From assembly GCA_030619615.1 (NCBI GenBank), contig JAUXBC010000001.1, positions 1-25,156 of the forward strand: a stretch of DNA of 25,156 bases, written 5' to 3'. Origin of the DNA: Dehalococcoidia bacterium (GTDB lineage: Bacteria; Chloroflexota; Dehalococcoidia; E44-bin15). Both the position numbers and the translations under genes were made by a program. This document shows positions 17,052-24,418 of the stretch, in pieces. Position 1 is the stretch's first letter, and each line of letters begins with the position of its first letter. The notes under the pieces are model-generated. The model saw only the letters and a program-made list of their open reading frames with translations, was not told the origin of the DNA and did not search any database.

Positions 17052-17804
17052 ATGAAAAAAGTTAAAGTAGGCTGCTGTGGCTTCGCCAAGGGAATGAAGC
17101 ATTACTTCCCCCAGTTCAGGCTGGTTGAGGTGCAGAAGACCTTTTATAAGCCCCCGCAGGTGGCTACCGCCCTGAGGTGGCGGCAAGAAGCCCCTGCGGA
17201 CTTTGAATTCGCTATCAAGGCTTGGCAACCGATCACCCACCCCTGCTCCAGTCCTACCTATCGAAAGGCGGGGCTTAACATCCCTCCGGGGAAGGGGGGT
17301 GACTATGGCTTCTTCAAGCCCACCGAGGAGGTGATGGAGGCTTGGCGCAAAACCAGGGAGATCGCTGAGGCACTTCGGGCTAGGGTTATCGTCTTTCAGT
17401 GCCCCCCCAGCTTTAGGGAGGAGGCGCAGAATCTGGAGAATATGAGAAGATTCTTCGGCGCCATAGAGCGAAGATTCCTCTTTGTCTGGGAACATAGGGG
17501 GGAGTGGAGCGAAGGGGTGGTTAAGGCGCTTTGTGAGGAGCTGGAGCTGGTTCACTGCGTTGACCCCATGGAGGGGGAGCCCCTGTATGGCGAGAGGAGG
17601 TACTTCCGGTTGCACGGGGGGCCTGGCTATGGGCATAAATATAGTGACGGGGAGCTAAAGTGGCTTTGTGATAGATGGGGTGGTGAGGAGGCCTATTTCC
17701 TGTTCAATAACCTGAGTATGTATGAAGATGCCCTCAGGTTTGAGAGGCTGCTCGAGGGGGAAACGGGTGATTTATACCTTGGGAACGAGCAACCGCACCG
17801 CTGA
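17052..17804 (+). CDS. DUF72 (UPF0759/YecE-like) TIM-barrel protein
   Basis: VGCCGF, LVEVQKTFYKPP, FAIKAWQPITH, FQCPPSF, VHCVDP, YFRLHG, YFLFNN. ATG 17052 follows a GGAGGGG SD. The ORF-track extension to 16890 overlaps the XRE gene and is not credible. Confidence 0.85.
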   Translation: MKKVKVGCCGFAKGMKHYFPQFRLVEVQKTFYKPPQVATALRWRQEAPADFEFAIKAWQPITHPCSSPTYRKAGLNIPPGKGGDYGFFKPTEEVMEAWRKTREIAEALRARVIVFQCPPSFREEAQNLENMRRFFGAIERRFLFVWEHRGEWSEGVVKALCEELELVHCVDPMEGEPLYGERRYFRLHGGPGYGHKYSDGELKWLCDRWGGEEAYFLFNNLSMYEDALRFERLLEGETGDLYLGNEQPHR

Positions 17805-18198
17805 GGAGTTTTTGGAGCTACTGAGGAGCCTCGGTGTTGAGGTGGTGGTGGATGTGCGCCGCTTCCCCAGCAGCAGGCTTGACCACTTTAGAAGGGAGGA
17901 GCTCGCCAGGTTACTGGAGGGAGGGGGCTTTGGATATATCTATCTCGGGGAGGAGCTAGGGGGATACCGCAGGGGGGGATATCAGTCTTATCTGGACACC
18001 GAGGATTTCAGGGAAGGGCTTGAGCGGCTGGAGGGATTGGCCCGAGGGAGGAGGGCGGTCCTTCTCTGCGCCGAGCGCCTCCCTTGGCGCTGCCACAGAA
18101 GGTTCATCGGCTGGGAGCTGGAGAGGGATGGCTTTAGGGTGATCCATATCATAGACGAAAAGAGGGAGTGGGTGCCAAAGGCCAGGCAGAGGGGGTGA
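17767..18198 (+). CDS. DUF488 family protein
   Basis: IYTLGTSNRTAEEFLELL, VVDVRRFPSSR, YLGEELGGYR, LLCAERLPWRCHRRFI. GTG 17767 with GAGGGG SD; overlaps the DUF72 3' end by 38 nt. Confidence 0.85.
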   Translation: MIYTLGTSNRTAEEFLELLRSLGVEVVVDVRRFPSSRLDHFRREELARLLEGGGFGYIYLGEELGGYRRGGYQSYLDTEDFREGLERLEGLARGRRAVLLCAERLPWRCHRRFIGWELERDGFRVIHIIDEKREWVPKARQRG

Positions 18199-18220
18199 GG
18201 GGTCTTTTTTTGTCCAGCGA

Positions 18221-18236
18221 TACACGAAATCGTGTA
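18221..18236. promoter_or_regulatory. Putative operator copy 2, TACAC-N6-GTGTA, upstream of DUF2851
   Basis: TACAC-gaaatc-GTGTA in the 52-bp intergenic gap. The shared context ATACAC-N5-CGTGTAAAA is identical to copy 1. Confidence 0.6.
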
Positions 18237-18250
18237 AAAGGGATGGGTCA

Positions 18251-19480
18251 GTGAAGGAATACCTTTTAGCTCGGGTTTGGCGTAGTCAGATGTTAAGGGG
18301 GAGGGAGCTTTTCACCGTTGGTGGAGGGCGGCTCCAGGTGATCCACCCGGGGAGGGCAAACAGTGAAGGTGGCCCGGACTTTCATCATGCCATCATCGAC
18401 ATGAAGGGGAGCGGACTGCTTAGGGGGGATGTCGAGATTCATACTATGTCCAGCCAATGGCGCATCCATGGGCACCACCAAGACCCTGGCTACAATGGGG
18501 TGATCCTCCATGTGGTGATGTGGCATGATAAAGAGAGGCCTACGGTTCTTCAAAGCGGCAAAACCGTGCCCGTTCTCCCGTTAAGCCCCTATCTGGAGCT
18601 CACCCCAGAGGGGATGGAACGCTTCTCCTCCCCTCTCGCTGGCTATGATGAGCCTTGCCATGATTTGAGGGCACGCCTTGGCGATGGGGCAATGGGGGAG
18701 TTGCTCGATAAAGCGGGGGAGGAGAGATTTCGGTCAAAGGCCGCTTTCTTCCAAGAGGAGCTAGCTATTAAGGAGGGGGACCAGGTTCTTTATGAGGGGC
18801 TGATGAGGGCTTTAGGCTATAGTAAGAATAAGGAGCCCTTTGAGGAGCTTGCCCGTCGCTTGCCATTAAGGGTTTTGAAAGGGATCGCCCAGAGGGAGAC
18901 CGCGGAAAGGCGCGGACCATTGCTCCAGAGGGCGCTCTTGGAGGCAGCAGGGCTATCTCCTCCTTCTTTGGGGGTCATCAACCCGATGAGGGAGGCTGAA
19001 TGGCACCTCTCCGGGGTTCGCCCTTGCAATATGCCGCAGCTGCGTATTGCAGGGGCGGCTTATCTGCTCGCCCGATATCTGGAAAGAGGGCTTGTCGAGG
19101 GGGTGCTCCGGCTTGTCGCGGAGGCAGATGCGGAGAGGGGGCATGGGAGGCTGGAGCAGGGGGTGATCACCAGAGGCTCGAAGGGCACCCTGATCGGGCG
19201 AGGAAGGGCCAGAGAGATCGTGGTGAATGTCCTTCTCCCCTTCTCCTTTGCCTGGGCTGAGAGGGCAGCGCAGGGGGAGCTGAGCAATCACGGCCTCGAG
19301 CTTTATAGAAACTACCCCAGGCTTGAGGAAAACCAGATAACGAGGGAGATGTCGAGGCAGCTTTTCGGTGAACAGTGCTCGAAGGTGGTGAGATCGGCGC
19401 AGCGCCAGCAGGGGCTGATTCACCTCTATAAGAGCCTCTGCCTGGAGGGGAGATGCCCGCAGTGTCCGCTAGGGGACTAG
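18251..19480 (+). CDS. DUF2851 family protein
   Basis: IHPGRANSEGGPDF, GDVEIH, WRIHGHHQDPGYNGVILHVV, ALGYSKNKEPF, IVVNVLLP, QQGLIHLYKSLC...CPQC match my recollection of this family. Confidence 0.75.
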   Translation: MKEYLLARVWRSQMLRGRELFTVGGGRLQVIHPGRANSEGGPDFHHAIIDMKGSGLLRGDVEIHTMSSQWRIHGHHQDPGYNGVILHVVMWHDKERPTVLQSGKTVPVLPLSPYLELTPEGMERFSSPLAGYDEPCHDLRARLGDGAMGELLDKAGEERFRSKAAFFQEELAIKEGDQVLYEGLMRALGYSKNKEPFEELARRLPLRVLKGIAQRETAERRGPLLQRALLEAAGLSPPSLGVINPMREAEWHLSGVRPCNMPQLRIAGAAYLLARYLERGLVEGVLRLVAEADAERGHGRLEQGVITRGSKGTLIGRGRAREIVVNVLLPFSFAWAERAAQGELSNHGLELYRNYPRLEENQITREMSRQLFGEQCSKVVRSAQRQQGLIHLYKSLCLEGRCPQCPLGD

Positions 19481-19483
19481 AGC

Positions 19484-20458
19484 TCATGGCAGGCGGAGGT
19501 TGGGCGCTATATCGAGGTCCCAGCCTGAGATGTTGCCTGCTTTGAGGTGAAAGTAGCCGCAGCAGGCGATCATTGCTGCGTTATCGGTGCAAAGGGTGGG
19601 GCTGGGGGAGAGGACGGGGAGGGGGGAGCGCTGTGCCATGCTCTGGCGAAGGAGGCGGTTGGCGACGACACCGCCGCCAAGGAGGATCTGCCTGGCGCCG
19701 AGCCTCCTCGCTGCCTCCACCGTTTTGGTGACCAATACATCGACCACCGCCTCCTGAAAGCTGGCGGCGACGTCGGCTGCCGCGGGCCCGCCCTGGAAAA
19801 GGCGAAGCACGGCGGTCTTCAGCCCACTGAAGCTGAAGTCGTCGCTGCCCCTGAGCCAGGCTCGGGGCAGCCGGTGAAGGGTGCTATTGCCACCAGGGGC
19901 CGCCTGCTCTATGGCGGGACCGCCGGGGTAGCCTAGCCCCAAAATTCTCGCCACCTTATCGAAGGCTTCACCAGCGGCATCATCCCTAGTTCTCCCCAGG
20001 GCTAGATAGTCTCCTTGCCCCCTCATCAGAAGGAGGTCGGTATGTCCTCCAGAGACGATAAGGCAGATGCAGGGGAAATCTGGGGTTCTGCCCTCAAGCC
20101 AGTTGGCATAGATGTGACCCTCGAGGTGGTTTATGCCGAGGAGGGGAAGGCCGTGGCCGAGGGCGATGGCCTTGGCGATGTTCACCCCCACCAGGAGGGA
20201 GCCGGCGAGACCGGGTCCAATGGTAACGGCGATGCCATCAAGGTCGCTCCAGCAGGTCTGGGCTTGAGCCATCGCCTCTTGGATGATGGGGATGGCGGTG
20301 AGGAGGTGCTGGCGGGAGGCAACCTCGGGGACGATGCCGCCGTATCGGGCATGAATGTCCACCTGAGAGGAGATGATGTTGGACAGGATCTCCCTCCCGT
20401 CTTGGACAACGGCGGCTGCTGTTTCGTCGCAGGAGGTCTCGATGCCAAGGAGCTTCAT
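19484..20458 (-). CDS. tsaD: tRNA N6-threonylcarbamoyladenosine(37) transferase TsaD
   Basis: [74 protein letters not shown]. Confidence 0.97.
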   Translation of the reverse strand: MKLLGIETSCDETAAAVVQDGREILSNIISSQVDIHARYGGIVPEVASRQHLLTAIPIIQEAMAQAQTCWSDLDGIAVTIGPGLAGSLLVGVNIAKAIALGHGLPLLGINHLEGHIYANWLEGRTPDFPCICLIVSGGHTDLLLMRGQGDYLALGRTRDDAAGEAFDKVARILGLGYPGGPAIEQAAPGGNSTLHRLPRAWLRGSDDFSFSGLKTAVLRLFQGGPAAADVAASFQEAVVDVLVTKTVEAARRLGARQILLGGGVVANRLLRQSMAQRSPLPVLSPSPTLCTDNAAMIACCGYFHLKAGNISGWDLDIAPNLRLP

Positions 20459-20464
20459 TTTTCA

Positions 20465-20493
20465 AATATAACAGATGCCTCTTTGGATGTAAA
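20465..20493 (-). promoter_or_regulatory. sigma70-type promoter of tsaD (predicted leaderless mRNA)
   Basis: Minus strand TTTACA (20493-20488), 17 nt, TG-T-TATATT extended -10 (20470-20465). ATG lies 6 nt downstream and there is no SD. Confidence 0.68.
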
Positions 20494-20690
20494 TCGCCTT
20501 TTCGTCTTTTCGTCCTCGGCGCTGTGGTGGTGATAAGCCTACCGCTGTCGTTATCCGTTTTTGGCATTGCCTTCCTTCTCAGCGCTGCAACATAGACAAG
20601 CCCCCTGTTTGAAAAAGCGAAAGAGCGCTGAATATGAAAATGCAAGCAGCAGGCTACCCTATACCACAGCATCCAGGGCGAAAAAGATTT

Positions 20691-20719
20691 TTGACAAGGG
20701 GGGTAGTGGATGATATGAT
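20691..20719 (+). promoter_or_regulatory. sigma70-type promoter of the CNNM-to-tilS operon
   Basis: TTGACA (20691-20696), 17 nt, TG-A-TATGAT extended -10 (20714-20719). Confidence 0.8.
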
Positions 20720-20769
20720 GAAAGTGGGAATCATCGCTATTCGGGTGTTAAAAGGGGAGGGTCGATGCC

Positions 20770-22023
20770 ATGTTCGATAGCGCTAGTATTTTATACTTAG
20801 TGCTTCTTTTGCTGTGCCTGGGCGCCTCCGCCTTCTTCTCCAGTGCGGAGACGGCCTTTATCTCCCTGCCCAAGACACGGGTCAAGCATATGGTGAGCAC
20901 CAAGGTCAGCGGGGCGGAGAGGGTGGCCAAGATGATGGAGCAACCGGAGAGGCTACTGGCAACGGTGCTCCTTTGCAATAATTTTTTTAACGTTGCTGCC
21001 GCTGCCCTGGGCACTGTGATCGCCGTTTCTATATGGGGTGGCAATATAGGGGTGCTCGTGGCTACCATAGGGGTAACCATCCTTCTCCTCATCTTTGCCG
21101 AGGTAACCCCTAAAACCTTCGCCACCAGACATGCGGAGCGGCTAGCCTTGCTCTATGTCTATCCCTTGGGGGCCATCGCCCGGGTGGTCTCCCCGGTGGC
21201 GTCTGGGTTAGGTTGGCTCGGCTCGGCGCTCTCGGGGGGCAGGACTGCCGGACCTGGGACTGTGGTGAGCGAGGAGGAGATCCGCACCATGATCTCGGTG
21301 GGGCGTGAGGAGGGCACCGTGGAGGAGGCTGAGGCTGAGATGCTGCACAAGGTTTTCGATTTTGGCGAGCGCAGCGTGCGCGAGGTGATGATGCCCCGAC
21401 CGGAGATCGCCTGGATCGAAGGGGGTGCCAAGCTGGCTGATTTCCTCGCTATCTACGCCGAGGCCCCCCATACCCGTTTTCTCGTTTGTGAGGATAACAT
21501 CGACAACGTGGTAGGCATCCTCTCCATAAAGGATGTGCTCATGGCTCAGGCTAAAGGCTCCCTGGACAGGGAGGGTGTTATCGATGGGCTGGTGCGCCCT
21601 GTTTATTTCGTCCCCGAGACGAAACACATCGCCGAGCTTTTCGCTGAGATGCAGTCCCAGGGCTACCACATGGTGGTGGTCGTCGACGAGTTTGGCGTCA
21701 CCAGCGGCATTGTGACCATGGAGCAACTGGTGGAGGAGATCGTAGGTCGGGTGGGGGATGAGCTAACAAAGGCGGTGAGGGAATTCGAGGTTATCGATGA
21801 GCAGACGATTCAAATCGATGGAGGCATGCGAGTGGAGGAGGCCAACGAGGAGCTCGGCTTGGGACTGCCCTCGGGGGACTATGACACGGTTGCCGGCTTT
21901 GTTCTCAGCCTCCTCGGGCACATCCCCAAAGAGGGGGAGCAGGCGAGGTATAATGGCTTGAAGCTGGTGATCATAGAGATGCGGGGACTGAGAATCGAGA
22001 AGATCCTAGTCACCAGGGAGTAG
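20770..22023 (+). CDS. Hemolysin-family CNNM/CorB-CorC protein (DUF21 membrane domain + CBS pair + CorC/HlyC), probable Mg2+/Co2+ transport
   Basis: SAFFSSAETAF, LATVLLCNN, FAEVTPKTFA, VREVMMPR, VVVDEFG, YDTVAGFVLSLLGHIPKEG. Confidence 0.9.
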   Translation: MFDSASILYLVLLLLCLGASAFFSSAETAFISLPKTRVKHMVSTKVSGAERVAKMMEQPERLLATVLLCNNFFNVAAAALGTVIAVSIWGGNIGVLVATIGVTILLLIFAEVTPKTFATRHAERLALLYVYPLGAIARVVSPVASGLGWLGSALSGGRTAGPGTVVSEEEIRTMISVGREEGTVEEAEAEMLHKVFDFGERSVREVMMPRPEIAWIEGGAKLADFLAIYAEAPHTRFLVCEDNIDNVVGILSIKDVLMAQAKGSLDREGVIDGLVRPVYFVPETKHIAELFAEMQSQGYHMVVVVDEFGVTSGIVTMEQLVEEIVGRVGDELTKAVREFEVIDEQTIQIDGGMRVEEANEELGLGLPSGDYDTVAGFVLSLLGHIPKEGEQARYNGLKLVIIEMRGLRIEKILVTRE

Positions 22024-22024
22024 T

Positions 22025-22672
22025 ATGCAGCGGCTGCGCATTACCTTTTCTCGTGGTGAGGGGGTGAAATACATCTCCCACCTCGATCTGATGCGGCTCT
22101 GGGAAAGGTTGTTGCGCCGCGCCGGCATCCCCATGGCCTACTCCCAGGGGTTTAGCCCTCACCCCAAGATCTCCCTTGCCGCTCCTCTCCCCATCGGGGT
22201 GACCAGCGATGGCGAGCTGATGGACATCCTGTTAAGGAAGAGGGTCTCCCCTTATTTCTTTATCAAGGTGGTTTGTGATCAGCTGCCCTGCGGCATCGGC
22301 ATCCTAGGGGTAGAGCAGGTGGCGCTTACACTGCCCTCCCTGCAATCGCAGATTCGGCAGGCTGAATACCGGGTTGAGGTGGAGACCGATATGAGGCTCG
22401 AGGAGGTGGAATCAGCGCTTCTTTCCTTCCTAGGGAAGGAACACCTGCCTTGGCAGCATCGCAGGGATAACGAGGTGCGCCACTATGACCTTCGCCCCCT
22501 GGTGGATCGCCTCTGGCTCCTCGGGTGGCAAGAGTCGCTATGCACTTTGGGGATGCGACTGCGCACCGACAATACCGCTACGGGGAAGCCGGAGCAGGTG
22601 ACCGCTGCCCTGGGCCTCCCCAATCGCCCAAAGTCCATCCACCGCACCAAATTGATCCTGGCAGGTAGGTAG
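22025..22672 (+). CDS. TIGR03936/DUF2344 radical-SAM-linked protein
   Basis: KYISHLDLMRLWERLLRRAGIPMAYSQGFSPHPKISLAAPLPIG...E...D is the family signature. Confidence 0.88.
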   Translation: MQRLRITFSRGEGVKYISHLDLMRLWERLLRRAGIPMAYSQGFSPHPKISLAAPLPIGVTSDGELMDILLRKRVSPYFFIKVVCDQLPCGIGILGVEQVALTLPSLQSQIRQAEYRVEVETDMRLEEVESALLSFLGKEHLPWQHRRDNEVRHYDLRPLVDRLWLLGWQESLCTLGMRLRTDNTATGKPEQVTAALGLPNRPKSIHRTKLILAGR

Positions 22673-22673
22673 A

Positions 22674-23807
22674 ATGGAGCAATCCCTCGATGTTGAAAGG
22701 CAGGAGAAGGCTCGCGATTACGCCAGGATCAGGCACCGCCTCTCTTTTCTCGACCTGGGTCTCGGTTTCTTTTTCCTACTGGTCCTCTTACTCACTCCCC
22801 TCTCCGTTGGCCTGCGCAACCTCTTAGATTTTCCACAGCCGTTGAGGGTTGCTCTATACTTCGCCACCCTGATGCTCTGCCTGGGGATTGTTTCCGCTCC
22901 CCTCAGTTTCTACCGCGGATTCGTGCTGCCCCGCCACTTCGGTCTTTCCATCCAGAGCCTGAGGGGCTGGCTCCGCGATGGGATCAAGGGGGCAGCTTTG
23001 GGCTTTCTCCTGGGAATCGGGGCCATGGTGCTTCTTTACTGGCTTCTGGGGAGCTTCCCTCACCTGTGGTGGCTCTTCGCCGCCCTTTCCCTTCTTTTCT
23101 TCACTGTATTGATGACCAATCTGGCTCCGATCATCATCGTGCCCCTTTTCTATAGACTGGAGCCTCTCGCCGATGCCAACTTAAGGGAGAGGCTGGTTCG
23201 CCTTGCGCAAAGGGCTCAGACGAGGGTAGGGGGAGTTTTCACCATAAATCTAAGCAGCAAAGCAACCACCGGCAATGCAGCGCTCATGGGGCTGGGGAAC
23301 ACCAGGCGCATCGTCCTTGGCGATACCATCCTCCATGGATACTCTGCCGAGGAGATCGAGGTGATCATGGCCCATGAGCTGGGACACCATGTTCATGGCG
23401 ATGTCGCCAGGCTGATCGCCTTTCAGTCGCTGATCACCCTCACTGGACTTTACCTGGCTCACCTTGTGCTAAAGGCCAGTGTTCTTGGGCTAGGCTTCAG
23501 CGGCATTGCCGATGTCGCTGCCTTTCCCTTGCTTGCTCTGGTGCTGGGTGGCTTCGCTCTGGTGATGACACCGCTGAGCAATGCCTACAGTCGCCTCCTC
23601 GAGGGGGCCGCCGACGAATATGCCCTGGCGTTGACCGATAATCCCGAGGGGTTTAGGGCGGTGATGACCAAGCTTTGTGACCAGAACCTATCTGAGGCGC
23701 AGCCCGGTCGCTGGGTGGAGCTGTTTTTCTATGACCATCCCCCCTACTTCAGGAGGGTGGATCGAGCGCGGCGTTATCAGGCACGCCGACCGGAAGGGGC
23801 AGAATGA
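22674..23807 (+). CDS. M48 (Ste24/HtpX-like) membrane zinc metallopeptidase
   Basis: Multiple TM segments, NAALMGLGNTRRIVLGDT, Zn motif MAHELGHH, YSRLLEGAADEYA, FYDHPP. Confidence 0.9.
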   Translation: MEQSLDVERQEKARDYARIRHRLSFLDLGLGFFFLLVLLLTPLSVGLRNLLDFPQPLRVALYFATLMLCLGIVSAPLSFYRGFVLPRHFGLSIQSLRGWLRDGIKGAALGFLLGIGAMVLLYWLLGSFPHLWWLFAALSLLFFTVLMTNLAPIIIVPLFYRLEPLADANLRERLVRLAQRAQTRVGGVFTINLSSKATTGNAALMGLGNTRRIVLGDTILHGYSAEEIEVIMAHELGHHVHGDVARLIAFQSLITLTGLYLAHLVLKASVLGLGFSGIADVAAFPLLALVLGGFALVMTPLSNAYSRLLEGAADEYALALTDNPEGFRAVMTKLCDQNLSEAQPGRWVELFFYDHPPYFRRVDRARRYQARRPEGAE

Positions 23808-24418
23808 GACTTATCCTGGTGAGACACGGTGAAACCCAGTGGAACAGGGAGAATCGCGTTTTGGGTCATACCGAGATCGAGCTAAATGAGGAGGGGAGGA
23901 AACAGGCGGAGAGCGTGGCCCTGGCGCTCAGGGAGGAAAAGGTTGCCGCCATCTACTGTAGCCCTCTAAAGCGAGCCCGGGAGACGGCTGAAGCCATCGC
24001 TCGTTTTCATCAGGTGGGGGTTGAGGTCGATGGGGCTTTTAAGGAGATGGACGCTGGGGAGCTGGATGGGCTGACCTATGAGGAGATGAGGGATCGCTAT
24101 GGCGATTTTTTGAGGGAATGGATAAGGGATGCCTCCCCCTTAAGGATGCCCGGTGGCGAATCCTTGGCCGAGGTTCAGCAGAGGGCGTGGCAAGGGGTGA
24201 GGGGGATAATCGATAGGCACCCTGAGGGTGTGGTTATCGTGGTCAGCCATAGTTTCGCTATCCTGTGCATTATTTGTAAGGCCTTGGGGCTCGATCTTTC
24301 CCAGTTTAGAAGGCTAAGGCTAAATGTGGCCTCGATAAGCACCCTTAACTTCGGGGGTCTAGGCATACAGCTTGAGCTCTTTAATGATACCTGCCATTTG
24401 GAAGCTGGGGTTGATTAA
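23804..24418 (+). CDS. Histidine phosphatase (phosphoglycerate mutase/CobC-like family)
   Basis: LVRHGETQWN, YCSPLKRARETA, EMDAGELDG, PGGES, VVSHS, FNDTCHL. Confidence 0.9.
   Translation: MRLILVRHGETQWNRENRVLGHTEIELNEEGRKQAESVALALREEKVAAIYCSPLKRARETAEAIARFHQVGVEVDGAFKEMDAGELDGLTYEEMRDRYGDFLREWIRDASPLRMPGGESLAEVQQRAWQGVRGIIDRHPEGVVIVVSHSFAILCIICKALGLDLSQFRRLRLNVASISTLNFGGLGIQLELFNDTCHLEAGVD

Noticed and set aside
18199-18250. Intrinsic terminator or canonical promoter before DUF2851
   Set aside because: The T7 run has no upstream hairpin; TTGTCC...TAAAAG is spaced 19 bp, too poor to call. Only the operator-like dyad is reported.
20720-20769. Mg2+/Mn2+/fluoride riboswitch in the CNNM leader
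   Set aside because: The predicted 5' UTR is only about 45 nt and lacks M-box, yybP-ykoY or crcB consensus features.
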